From Eledone cirrhosa (lineage: Eukaryota): 64,000 nt of DNA. The stretch is from NCBI GenBank assembly GCA_964016885.1, contig OZ024742.1:212040001-212104000 (forward strand), in the 5' to 3' direction. The notes beneath the pieces were generated by a model that saw only the letters and a list, made by a program, of their open reading frames with translations, searched no databases and had not been told where the DNA came from. Each line of letters starts with the position of its first letter. Position 1 is the stretch's first letter. Below, piece after piece: positions 26,501 to 40,215 of the stretch. The translations under genes and the position numbers were made by a program.

Positions 26501-27176
26501 TTTATAACGCCAGGCAGTCCGGATTGGGGTGCATATGCGGATATTACTGTCACAGTAGTTCTATTTAGGACAAGTTTTATTTTAATTATTGTCGTTCACT
26601 CTATTTACGTCTATTATCTTATCTACCCATTTTTCTGCTATCATGATTCCTACTCCACCCAGCCCATTGTCATTTCCCACCCAGAAAAGCTTATAGCATC
26701 GTTTTTTACCCACAATGAATCTAGCAGACCCACCCCTCCACCTGGTCGCTTGAATACAGCAAACATCAACTTCCTTACGTTCAAGCATCTCTACAACCTC
26801 GTTAGAGCGACCTTTTAAGGTGCCTACATTCATGGTACCAACTCTGAACTTTTGGATTGCGTTTGGTAGGTGGGAAGGATGGGGCGCAGGGAGGGGTGAG
26901 GGAGATGGGGTTATGTTGGCCATCCGCGGCCGAAATAAAGAGGAGGAGTCCTTGCATTTTCGTCCGGCAGCATGAGGTGAATTTGTCTTTATCTTTGTCA
27001 TTGTCACTGAGTGTCCAGATTTTTCAGACTCTCCAGAATTCCATAGTCCATCCATCATATCGAAAGGCAACCAGGTCTAAACTTAATAGCATAGGCCGCT
27101 GACTTATGATTGGTCCAAGTAATAATGGTGGCGAGTGGGGGCAGGTGGAGGGATCTGGGTAGTTAGCGAGAAGGTT
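23583..27176 (-). mobile_element. Near full-length RTE LINE with several frameshifts (pseudogene)
   Basis: ORF fragments from 27070 to 24033 reconstruct the APE-RT-PHD protein of the intact copy. 5' UTR homology extends to about 27176 and the (GAT)n tail is at 23583. Confidence 0.95.
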
Positions 27177-27919
27177 ATTTTATAAAATAAAATCCTAGAA
27201 TTTCGGCCATAATTAAATGTGCATATAACAGTAATAAGAGTAAGAGTTTAAATACAAGTAGAAGATCATTTTCAGGGGTCTGACAGAATTATGGCATTTT
27301 AAAATACAAGAAGATTATTTTGAACAATCAGACAGAATTATCGAATAGCATTGAAAAAGAAAAGATTGGATTCTGGACGATATGATACAGATAGATGAAT
27401 GGACCGGGGAACATGGGGAGACGAGACAAAAATAGGATTTGTACATTACATTTCACAGAAGAGTGAGCGATGTAGCCAAGAATAAGGGATTGACAAATTC
27501 TGAGTTTTGTAGCTCACAACAGGTTTATTTTATATTTGGAGAGAGAGGAAGGGATTGAGAGAGAACCAGCAGGCGCGTATACAATATATAGGGGGGGGTG
27601 AAGAATAGGAGTGAGCAGGAAGGTCATTTTATAAAATCCTAGAATTTCGGCCATAATTAAACGAGCGAGAAGGTTATTTTATAAAATAAAATCCTAGAAT
27701 TTCGGCCATAATTAAACGAGCATATAACAGTAATAAGAGTAAGAGTTTAAATACAAGTAGAAGATCGTTTTCGTAGGTCTGACAGAATTATGGGATTTTA
27801 AAATACAAGAAGATTATTTTGAACAATCAGACAGAATTATCGAATAGCATTGAAAAAGAAAAGATTGGATTCTGGACGATATAATACAGATAGATGAATG
27901 GATTGGGGAACATGGGGAG
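27164..27919. repeat. Direct repeat of about 255 bp at about 500-bp spacing upstream of the RTE 5' end
   Basis: AGCGAGAAGGTTATTTTATAAAATAAAATCC...ACATGGGGAG at about 27165-27420 and 27664-27919, plus a partial copy at about 27614-27665. Confidence 0.85.
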
Positions 27920-29206
27920 TGTGAGGGATGATCTTTTCGACTGGCTGAAATCCTTCATTCTCAGCCGAAAGGAAGTAGTCACGGTTCTAGGACAGCATTC
28001 TTCACCATATGAGATGTCATCTGGTGTACCACAGGGATCTGTTCTTGGTCCTCTTTTGTTTGTGGCATATATTAATGACATAGATGCCAACTTACAGAAT
28101 GCCACGGTACTAAAATATGCAGATGACATCAAGCTGTACCTTGAAATCAAAAGGACTGATCCTGAAATTTACAACTCTTTCCTACAATCAGACCTGGACA
28201 CAATGCAGCAATGGATCACAGACTGGCAACTGAAGCTGACTGTGGACAAGTGTACCACCATGCATTTTGGAAGGAAAAATCCAGCGTCCACATACTCCCT
28301 CCACAACACTGACATCAAAAAGTCCTCTTGTGAACGTGACCTGGGCATTACTGTCAGCAACGATTTGCGTTGGACAAAGCATGTCTCTAAGATTGTCAAG
28401 AAGGCCGAGGGTGTCTTGGCATCACTCAGCAAGACCTTTGTTAGCCGCTCTCCAGCCATCTATTTAAAACTGTATACAGCTATGGTGCGACCACACTTGG
28501 AATTCGCATCATCAGTCTGGAACCCCTATCTTGCTCGGAACATTGACCTCCTGGAAACTGTTCAGAGACGTGCAACCAAGTGCATACCCTCCATCAGACA
28601 CCTACCATACTCTGAACGCCTTGCTTCCCTGGGCATGGATTCATTGAAGCTCCGACGTCTGGCAATGGACTTGGTGAATACCCACAAAGTTTTTAACCAT
28701 CTCGCCAACTGCAACCCTGAGCGCCTCTTTGATCTCCATGTGTCTAACACACGTGGACATGCCTACAAGATAAGAAAACAGCACAGCTCCCATGACTTTC
28801 GCAGACATTTTTTCACGCTCAGAGTTGCTGAAGCATGGAACAAACTGCCTGCGTCAATTGTTAGCTGCCGAGACACTGCATCCTTTAAGACACTCATGCT
28901 TCCCAAAATACACCAAAACTACACCTGATGTACCCCTTCCATACACATGCACACATGTGTGTATCATGACTCGTGCACTGTTCATTTTACTGATGTTTGT
29001 GCATTGCCCTATGTACTGTACATGCACTTTTTTGATGAGTTGTGGTGCACCTGGGCACTGTGCACAATATTTCGTTATTGTTATTATATCATGACTCATA
29101 CACTGTTTATTTTCCTGACATTTGTACATTATTCTATGTACTATACATGCACCTTTGATGAGTTGTAGTGCACCTGAGCACTGTACACAATAATTTCATT
29201 ATTATT
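27919..29206 (+). mobile_element. 5'-truncated CR1 LINE (RT C-terminal half open to 28928)
   Basis: SGVPQGSVLGPLLF, KYADD, ERDLGI, VRPHLEFASSVWNP and TRGH motifs; internally duplicated 3' UTR; (ATT)n tail. Confidence 0.93.
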
Positions 29207-30944
29207 AAGAGAATATGTCTGCTCAGTCAAGACTGTCCTAGGGCTAAACAACAACTAGACTAGTCAAGTTATGCATCAATAATTAAAGCAACTAAGTAAC
29301 AGAATTCATCCACTACTTGCTGTTAGCAAGCTAGGCAGTTTGTGATTTTTATTCCTTGCCTACTTATTTATCTAGTGCATATAATACACCTAAAATATCG
29401 ATTCCAAGTCAGTCTACCAGAGATCCCACTGCATCATTTGCAAACTTAAGACATATATTGCTTATACAATATTAAATTTCACTCATATTTTGCAGCTCCT
29501 GATGCTGCTCTGAAATAAAAACTGGATTACATACCGGAGTTCCTATAGCATCCAGTTGTGAAATTTTGTAATATCTTAAAATATGATGAACAAGGTTGAG
29601 GATAGAACCTGGCAACAGCCATGAAAACCAGGATATATTTCAAAACATGGCTTTTCTTCATGCAGTACCCAAACAGTTGTCAGCTTTTACCCAGCCCACC
29701 ATACTCCAGTTCATAGGACTTTGTTAAAATCTATTTTAAGTCAACAAATATTAAGTAGCTGTGTTCCTTGATACAAACTATAATTTCTAATAACCCCTTT
29801 TAATACTAAACAGCCTGAAACCATACCTGGTCCTACACTACAAAACTGTTTTTAAAGTGTTTTCTAAAAATATTCCACTATAATTTGACTTAACGTTTCT
29901 TAAGCTATTCTCCAAACATAAGCATAATAACAAGAAAGTTAGTTATATTACTAAATCACTCAAGATTTCTGGGTGGATGAAGCAGGGCCAAATGGTCAAG
30001 GAGTTTGCTTCATAATCATTAGGCAAGTGGCCTTTATCACCGCCTCAATTTGATCAGAGCTGTTTAGAAGCCTGTAAGATGTACTGTACCTGCAATTCAA
30101 AGGATCAGCCTTGTCAAAACATTTTATCATACTGAATATCCCCGAGAATTATGTTAATGGTACACATGTTTGTAGAATGCTCAGCCACTTGGACATTAAT
30201 CAAACAACTAGAACACCCATCATTGAAACCGATGGAGGTCATCATCATCCATATTTCAGATTCTTGATTATTTTCAAAATGATTTGAAAATAATAAGTAG
30301 AGTCTCCATTAGAAATATGGTAATGAAAGGATTAAGCTATACCGCACTACCTTTACTATGACAAAATCTTATTCATTATGTGACTTAGTGGTTAGTGAAT
30401 TGGATTTGCAATATTGAGGTTGTGAGTTTCCCAGGATGAGTGATGTGTTATGCCCTTGAGCAAGACATTTTATTTCACATTGCTCTTTCTGCCAGGAGTT
30501 GCGACTGGTAGATAGTATTAGCAATGGAAAGATCAATGGAAACATTGTTTCCTCAGTCTGATTTGATGAGTTCCATCCAACTTGGCAAGCAAATGAGGTC
30601 TGGAATCTTATTGATCAATAAAAGGAAGGAAGGAACTGTATGGCTTACTTTAAGTGTCAACTTTTCTCTGGAGCTTTAAACTGTAGGAGTTAATTCTTAA
30701 GTACAGCCCTTACCTGCACAACCTAATTATCTAAGTGTAACTCCTATCAACTCTAATACTTCCAGTATATATATTCCTTAATGTCCTTCTTATATTTCAT
30801 ATATTTTCAATTACTTTTTTTGCCACATATCTAATTGCTACATCTGGTTATTCCCATCCTAACCTATCTACACTCCCAAATAATGACACTTTCATAATAT
30901 ATGTCTACCTTTTTTTATTATTATTAATGAAAGGGGATTGGATA

Positions 30945-31155
30945 GGCAGTATTGGTAGAGCATTAGAGAAGATGCTTTGTGGCATATAGTTACATCCCTT
31001 TACATTCAGAGTTCCAATCCCACTGAGGTTAGCTTTGCTTTTATTCTCATGGGGGTCGATAAAATAAAGCACCAGTAATGCACTGGGGTCGATTTAATCG
31101 ATTTTCCCCTCTCCAAAAGTTGTTGGCCTTGTGCCTAAATCAGGAACCATCATTA
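30945..31155 (+). mobile_element. tRNA-derived SINE (Meta/Sauria-like domain)
   Basis: Homologous to the 21133 copy; flanked by ATTAATGAAAG direct repeats. Confidence 0.75.
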
Positions 31156-31246
31156 ATGAAAGTGAGTATAACCACAGTACTTAATTATTCTTCACCCAAA
31201 TGATAATAAAACAATATCTTGAAAGTATCTCTACACATGTTTAAAG

Positions 31247-31398
31247 CAGTGGTTCCCAAACTGGGTTCCCACAAACGAGTGTCTGGTGTTCCATGGAAAA
31301 AAGTTAGAGAAGTATATTTATATTATGACCATATAACAGTATTAGACTTTGGGGTTTCCCCAAAAGGGTTCTGTGTTGAAAAAGTTTGGGAAACCCTG
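31247..31398. mobile_element. hAT (Charlie-like) MITE, 152 bp
   Basis: TIRs CAGTGGTTCCCAAACT / AGTTTGGGAAACCCTG and 8-bp TSD GTTTAAAG on both sides. Confidence 0.9.
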
Positions 31399-31887
31399 GT
31401 TTAAAGTATAGTGCTAGGAGTGGGTGGATTAAATAAAAGCACCTAAGTTTATATCATAAACACTCAGAACTTAAACCATGTATTCATGTTTTATTATAAG
31501 AATCACATTATTTTATCAGGAAAGACACTTGTTCAGTTTCCCTATGAAAAGTTAAATAAAAGTCAGCTCAAGAAAATATCTTGCAATAAAAATAGTACCT
31601 ATTCAGGTGGATAATTGTTTCCAAATTACTTAATTCTAAAGAAAGGAGAGAAGAATAGTTTCTTTGGACCAGGTTTTTAATTATAAGATTTAATGCAAAA
31701 TGTGTTGCTGCTATGATTGAACAAACCTATAGTGTGTGAGTAGTCAGTCAAATTATTCATTATCTACAGATCCATCCTTAAGTTAGAAGTCTTGTAGTTT
31801 GGTGGTTTGGTGTAGAATTGTATAGTATAGTGAGATAATGTATGTTAGTGGCATGTGGTCTGATAGCTAGTTTGGCATTGTAGTATA

Positions 31888-32684
31888 CTAGCTGACGTAC
31901 CCAGCTTCGCCCAGGTAAACATGATAAGAGAAGACAGGTAAAAGAGTAAATGACTGTATTGGATGTTTGTCTGGTTACAGTATGAGGCGAGTCCGTGGTG
32001 TCTGTGTGATACAAAAAACAGTTTAAAAAATCTTCCAGATATACCAGATTCTTCGTTGTACCATTTGTGCATAGTATATGAACAATTCTAGGTGCTCCCA
32101 CCTAGAATAGTGACCTCTAGGAGATGGTTCATCTTCTGCCTGACTGTAAAACGTGTATCATTGCATAGATGTGGTTGTTCCATGTTTCTCAAAAGGATGA
32201 TGGAAGTTCCAAGATAATTAATATAGAAGATGATGCTCAGCCAGTTCGTCTTCAACCATCGCAGCACGCCGTCGCTGCTTGGCTCCAGTGTTTCATTGGC
32301 GTTGTTCAGCCAGCTCCTCTGAAGTTCGGCGTTCTGATGGCGCTGTTCGGCCCGTTTTTCTTCATTCCTGGCTGCATGCCGTCGCCGCTGTAGTTCACTG
32401 TTTGATAAAGTCGAATTGCTTTTACTTTCTGTGGAACGCTGCACGCACGCACACACACATAAACATACGTGCACGTATATACACACGCACACATGGTAAT
32501 AGTTACAGCGTTCACTTTGCCTCTCTGTTTCTTACTCTCCCCTCTCACTCCCTCATTGGAATTATGCATATTAATTTAAGTTTGGCATCGTTGAGGTGGG
32601 CGGAGTCGTTTGAAACCTATGAACCAATGATAATCGAGAATTATGACACACGGAATAATGACATTGTTCAAATTAATATATAGA
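31888..32684 (-). mobile_element. Internally deleted Helitron with PIF1-like helicase remnants
   Basis: A|TC start at 32684 and CTAG|T end at 31888, with GC-rich subterminal hairpin ACCTGGGCGAAGCTGGGT. Peptides IILLRNMEQPHLCNDTR...LLEVTILG and NGTTKNLVY resemble the RepHel helicase C-terminus. Confidence 0.88.
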
Positions 32685-33316
32685 TTAGTGGTTGTTGTTT
32701 AACTGCCATTCCAATTGTAACTAGCTCATCTCTTTTCTTACAAAGTATATCCAGGATACATTATCCAATGTGTACTTTCTTTTTAAAGGTATTAAGTAAG
32801 ATTTGGGTGTTATTTTTAGCAGATCAAGTAACCAATTAGTCACTCCCTTCCTTGTTGGTTTAGTTTGTGAAGAGTAAATCTAATGTTTTATATATATATT
32901 TCTCAGATGAAGGAAAAGCTAAGCCATTTAAAACTAGACAGTTTTAACTAAAACTCGTTATAAATTCTTTTGATCAATTCTGTCAGTTGCCAACTTAATA
33001 AAATGTTATAATTTGGCAGAATTCAAGTAAAGATTCCAAGATGACATTCATTACTGGCATCTTCCAAATTTTCCCATACTGTAACTAATATAAGTAATTG
33101 TTTGAAAATATTTACATTTCAGTAGCAGATAGAAAACTTGTCAGATAGCCAAATGAAATGGGCGGGAATTTGTTTTACACAACACAATATGAGAAACAAA
33201 AAAAATTCAAAAGTCTATTAATTAATAAAATATTAAAAGTATTCTTAATACACACTCACACATCTTAACAATAAATCCTCAGTACAAAAATCAAATCAAA
33301 TCAACAATTTTTTTAC

Positions 33317-33489
33317 CTGTCTTGGTTTGAAAAGAAATTGCTGAGAAGTGTAAAGACACCAGTCACAGTTTCTAATACAGCAGATGCAGTGGCTGGGAGA
33401 ATTTGTAAAGTTTCCTTGTCAACTACTTCCTTTATGTACTTTAAGGATTTATAGACATGGTCTACCTCAATTTTTAGCTTGTCCACATC
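33317..33489 (-). CDS. RAPGEF1: RAPGEF1/C3G-like exon (most 5' exon found in window), DVDKLKIEVDHVYKSLKYIKEVVDKETLQILPATASAVLETV...NQD
   Basis: Acceptor ttttattgcag and donor AG|gtaaaa; 173 nt, phase 0 to 2. Peptide resembles the recalled C3G N-terminal region (ALRYFKTIVDK...LEMLPGSASKVLE). Confidence 0.85.
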
Positions 33490-33785
33490 CTGCAATAAAA
33501 TAAATGATATATTTATAATACTACAATATAATAAAGATCTAATGAATAAAAAGAGGTGTTCAGATTTTATAATTTTTCCTCATAAGAGAGGATTTATGAC
33601 AAATGAATGCAAAGAAGTGTGTATTTATCAGCACTAACTTATTTATTGAATCAAAATCTTGCCTTAATAATAGATATTAAGATAGTCAAAGCTACAGAAT
33701 TATTGATATTTTCTATGATGATTTTATATATATTGAAAGAGTGAAGAATAACATGGTCAACAGTACAAAAAAGGGGTTTTATTTA

Positions 33786-33899
33786 CAGTATTAACAATTG
33801 TTTCACTGATTAAGTTGTCTAAAAATTGCTGAACACATGAAGCTGTGCCACTCAATTTTAAATACGTTGTTAGCTTAACCAGATCATCAGAAGGGACTG
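33786..33899 (-). ncRNA. Hammerhead-like motif with long stem II and decayed stem I (Penelope-type terminal repeat)
   Basis: CUGAUGA U CUGGUUAAG...CUUAAUCAG U GAAAC AAUU GUU AAUACUG. A partial duplicate lies at about 33945-34000. Confidence 0.55.
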
Positions 33900-34373
33900 T
33901 TAAAAATATGCTCAAAGTTTACGAATTCAAATTACAACATGAATTGTGTCACTCAATTTTAAATACAATGTATGCCTAATCAAATCATCAGAAAAACTGA
34001 TTAAAATTATACACGGCGTTCGTAATATACTAGGAAAATTCAAATCACAACATCAGTAATAAAGAAAGAAGAAAAAAGAAAAAAAGAGAGAGAGGAAAGG
34101 AAAAAAAGAAGAAAAAAGAAAAGAGAAAAATAAAAATAATAATTAGTTAGAATGAAGATGATATATACATATTGAGGACCAAATAAATTAAATTAACTGA
34201 TACAAAAGACAGAGAAGCAAAAACCAACCAAACAGTGTGTTCTGTTATTAATTCTGGCATTATTATTACACAAATATGACCCTCCCCAAGTATAACAATA
34301 TATATATATATATTGTCAGCCGTTAATATGCATAAGGAAAGTATATACTTTCAGACGTTCAACCATCTGGCAG

Positions 34374-34427
34374 GAATGTATATGTTGCTGATGATAGCTA
34401 ATAAGCTTGAAACTCGTACAGCGTTCC
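34374..34427 (+). ncRNA. Type I hammerhead ribozyme, unit 1
   Basis: UGUUG CUGAUGA UAGCU AAUA AGCUU GAAAC UC GUA CAGCG; predicted cleavage after 34418. Confidence 0.75.
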
Positions 34428-34815
34428 TTTGTCAGTGTTGAACAAATGAGCAACGATGTGCTAGACACTGTACGGCTTAATTCGGGATGTTTGTTTACAA
34501 ACACACTGGGCATTATAATAAATGTTCGGTGAATCCATACGTACATATATATGTGTGCATGTATGTATATATATATATATATATACATATATATACATAC
34601 TACTGTACGTCTGTATACATATATGTATGTACGTATACATACTTATATTTAAGTAACAGCCGTACTAAGAGTCAGAAATGAAATTTTGTTTCATTTTTTT
34701 CGTTTATCGTTTTCGGTACCCCGGCTGATTAACTCACTCGATATGCAAATTGGGCTGCTCAGCCGTTAATATGCATAAGGAAAGTATATACTTTCAGACG
34801 TTCAACCATCTGGCA

Positions 34816-34870
34816 GGAAGGTATACGTTGCTGACGATAGCTAATAAGCTTGAAACTAGTACAGCGTTCC
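34816..34870 (+). ncRNA. Type I hammerhead ribozyme, unit 2
   Basis: GGAA-GGUAUA-CGUUG CUGACGA UAGCU AAUA AGCUU GAAAC UA GUA CAGCG-UUCC; predicted cleavage after 34861. Confidence 0.8.
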
Positions 34871-35118
34871 TTTGTCAGTGTTGAACAAATGAGCAACAAT
34901 GGTTGCTAGACACTGTACGGCTTAATTCGAGATGTTTGTTTACAAACACACCGGGCATTATAAATGTTCGGTGAATCCATACGTACATATATATACATAC
35001 TACTGTACGTCTGTATACATATATGTATGTACGTATACATACTTATATTTAAGTAACAGCCGTAATAAGAGTGAGAAATGAAATTTTGTTTCATTTTTTC
35101 CGTTTATATATATATATA

Positions 35119-36060
35119 CATGCTCCGTTAGGTGTGTAATAGTAATATACGTGAACGGCAACTCATAAATGAACTAAGTGAGAAATTAGGAATAAAAGGC
35201 ATCAAATGCTGTTTACTCGAGAGAAAACTACATTGGTATGGTCACGTGATGCGCATGAAAGACGTCAGCTGTATAAAAAAAAGTGCAGGGCGATCAAAAT
35301 TGATGGAACTACGGAGTAGGCACACCCAGAAAAACCTGGGATGATTTGATAAATTCCGATCTTACACACACCTCTCCAAAACAATGTCACTGGACCGAGA
35401 TCTTTGGCGCTACGCAGTAATACAGAAGACCCGCCTTGCCTAAGTACAAAGTGAAACCTACAGTCAGTAGGCACTTAACCAAAAATACGCCCCCAACCCA
35501 CTACCCCTAGGTGCATGGCTTAGTGGGTAGAGCATTGGGCTTGCAATCGAAAGGTTGTGAGTTCAATTCTCGGACCAGGTGATGTGTTGTTTCCTTTAAC
35601 AAGACACTTTATTTCATGTTGCTCGAGTTTACTCAGCTGTAGAAATGAGATGATAGGACTGGAGTCCCTATCATTAAATTACCCAAGACACCTTCTATGA
35701 GATATACCTTGGAGGAGGTCAGCTAACCTGCATAGGTGTGAGCTATCAAACACACAAACTACCCCTACCCCCATCAACCCCACCCCTTTCTCTGTAAAGT
35801 TATGTTGGTACCACAGCATCCAGTCCTAAATAAATGAGGTCGTGTAGGTGTCACTACAAAAAAACTCAGTCCACGCAGTTATGTGGCCTTGTAGGTAACA
35901 CAGTAAAAACCTCCCAGTCCACACTGTAAACTTGGTTTGTGTTAGGAAGGAAGGGCATCCAGACAGTCCCATACAAGCAAGACAAACAATCTTGCCTCAA
36001 GTGGGACAATTCCCGTCTAAACCCATTCTAACGTGGAAGATAGACGTTAAACAATGATGA
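35119..36060 (+). mobile_element. RTE LINE 3' fragment interrupted by a CORE-type SINE (about 35510-35675)
   Basis: [14 protein letters not shown]...[10 protein letters not shown] peptide, RTE 3' UTR and short (GAT)n tail. SINE head TGGCTTAGTGG...GAGTTCAATTCTC lies inside. Confidence 0.88.
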
Positions 36061-36098
36061 TATATATACACACACACATATATATATATATATATAGG

Positions 36099-36136
<38 letters not shown>

Positions 36137-36139
36137 CAC

Positions 36140-36170
<31 letters not shown>

Positions 36171-37431
36171 GGCACATATATATATACATATATATATATA
36201 CATATATATACATATATATATGTACATATATATACATATATATATGTACATATATACACATATATATATGTACATATATACACATATATATATAGGCACA
36301 TATATATATATACATATATACACATATATATATATAGGCACATATATATATACATATATATATGTACATATATATACATATATACACATATATATATATA
36401 CATATATATATGTACATATATATACATATATACACACATATATATATACATATATATATGTACATATATATACATATATACACACATATATATATACATA
36501 TATATATGTACATATATATACATATATACACACATATATATATACATATATACACACATATATAGATACATATATACACACATATATAGATACATATACA
36601 CACACATATATATATACATATATACACACATATATAGATACATATATACACACATATATAGATACATATACACACACATATATATACACATATACACACA
36701 CATATATATATACATATATACACACACATATATATATACATATATACACACACATATATATATACATATATACACACACATATATATATACATATATACA
36801 CACACATATATATATACATATATACACACACATATATATATACATATATACACATATATATATACATATATACACATATATATATATATACATATATATA
36901 CATACATATATATACATATATATACATATATACATATACATATATACATATATACATATACATACATATATATACATATACATATATACATATATATATA
37001 TACATATACATATATACATATATATATATACATATATACATATATATATATACATATATACATATATACATATATATATATACATATATATATATACATA
37101 TACATATATACATATATACATATATATATATACATATACATATATACATATATACATATATATATATACATATACATATATATACATATACATATACATA
37201 TATACATATATACATATATATATATACATATACATATATATACATATACACATATATATATATACATATACATATATATACATATACATAGGTATATATA
37301 CATATACATATATACATATATATATATACATATACATATATACATATATATATATACATATACATATATATATATATATACATATATACATATACATATA
37401 TATATATATATACATATATATTTATATATAC

Positions 37432-37462
<31 letters not shown>

Positions 37463-37975
37463 CATATATATATATACATATATATACATATATATATACA
37501 TATACATATATATATATATATACATATATACATATACATATATATACATATATATATATATACATATACATATATATACATATACATATATATACATATA
37601 TATATATATATATACATATATATACATATACATATATATACATAAATATATATACATATATATACATAAATATATATACATATATATACATAAATATATA
37701 TACATATATATACATAAATATATATACATATATATATATACATATATATACATAAATATATATACATATATATACATAAATATATATACATATATATACA
37801 TAAATATATATACATATATATACATATACATATATATACATATATATACATATATATATATATATACATATACATATACATATATATATATACATATATA
37901 TACATATACATATATATACATATACATATATACATATATATACATATACATATATATACATATACATACATATAC

Positions 37976-38008
<33 letters not shown>

Positions 38009-38165
38009 CATATATATGCATATATATACATATACATATATATACATATACATACATATATATATACATATATATGCATATATATACATATACATACATA
38101 TATATATACATATATATGCATATATATACATATACATATATATACATATACATACATATATATAC

Positions 38166-38196
<31 letters not shown>

Positions 38197-38361
38197 CATA
38201 TATATATATACATATATATACATACATATATACACACAGATATATATACATATGTATACATATATACACATATATATACATATACATATATATACATACA
38301 TATATACACACAGATATATATACATATATACATATGTATACATATATACACATATATATAC

Positions 38362-38452
<91 letters not shown>

Positions 38453-38536
38453 TATACATATATATACACGATAAATTAACGGAGGCATAGGCCGTCGTTA
38501 TTCCCTGTACCTTCTCAACATATTACATATATATAC

Positions 38537-38599
<63 letters not shown>

Positions 38600-38746
38600 T
38601 ATATATATACATATATACATATATATATACATATATATATATATACACATATATATATATACATATATACATATATATATATATACACGTATATATACAT
38701 ATATATATATATACACGTATATATACATATATATATATATATATAC

Positions 38747-38779
<33 letters not shown>

Positions 38780-38888
38780 CATATATACATATATATACAT
38801 ACATATATATATATACATATATATACATATACATATAAATATATACATATATATACATATAAATATATACATATATATACATATATAC

Positions 38889-38937
<49 letters not shown>

Positions 38938-39233
38938 TATACATATATATACATATATATATATACATATACATACATATATATACATACATATACATAC
39001 ATATATATATATATATTAGAAAGTGAGTTTTTTTTTACAAAAGGAAAAATAACCGAGGTGTCCTACACGAGTGGAAGTATAAAGAAAAAGGGATGAAATC
39101 GAAAATGCAACTGAAGTCTTATTTTTTTAAAAAATATATATATTTATTTGGTTCCTTTACTGGTTTCGCAGTTCTTCTGCTTTTCAAAAGGTGAGTTGAG
39201 ATGGAGGGTCTGTGGTTCTTCTCACATATATAC

Positions 39234-39264
<31 letters not shown>

Positions 39265-39487
39265 CATACATATACATACATATATATATATATATACATA
39301 TACATACATATAGATACATATATATACATATACATACATATACATATATATATATATATATATACACATATATATATATATATATACATACATATATATA
39401 CATATACATATATACACATATATATATACATACATATATATATATATACATACATATATATATATATATACATACATATATATACAT

Positions 39488-39518
<31 letters not shown>

Positions 39519-39585
39519 TACATACATACATATATATATACATACATATATATACATATACATATATATATATACACATATATAT

Positions 39586-39616
<31 letters not shown>

Positions 39617-39732
39617 CATACATATATATATATATATATACATACATATACATATATATATACATACATATACATACATATATATATACATACATATACA
39701 TACATATATATATATATATACATATACATACA

Positions 39733-39786
<54 letters not shown>

Positions 39787-39809
39787 TATATATATATACA
39801 TATATATAC

Positions 39810-39862
<53 letters not shown>

Positions 39863-39873
39863 CATATATATAC

Positions 39874-39904
<31 letters not shown>

Positions 39905-39915
39905 CATATATATAC

Positions 39916-39956
<41 letters not shown>

Positions 39957-39961
39957 TATAC

Positions 39962-40016
<55 letters not shown>

Positions 40017-40027
40017 CATATACATAC

Positions 40028-40064
<37 letters not shown>

Positions 40065-40133
40065 CATATACATACATATATATATATATATACATATACA
40101 TATACATATATATATATATACATATATATATAC

Positions 40134-40164
<31 letters not shown>

Positions 40165-40215
40165 CATATATATATACATATATATATATACATATACATA
40201 TATATATACATATAC
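36060..40215. repeat. Degenerate (TA)n/(TACATA) arrays with short unique islands at 38467-38525 and 39016-39225
   Basis: Read directly. Confidence 0.97.
39154..39191 (-). ncRNA. Minimal hammerhead ribozyme, U3-A8 core variant
   Basis: CCUU UUGAAAA GCAG AAGAA CUGC GAAAC CA GUA AAGG: perfect 4-bp stems I and II. Confidence 0.6.

Larger units (their letters stand above)
34317..35107 (+). mobile_element. Retrozyme-like tandem repeat, about 1.8 units of 443 bp, one hammerhead per unit
   Basis: CAGCCGTTAATATGCATAAGG recurs at 34317 and 34760; no coding capacity; TA repeats on both sides. Confidence 0.8.
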
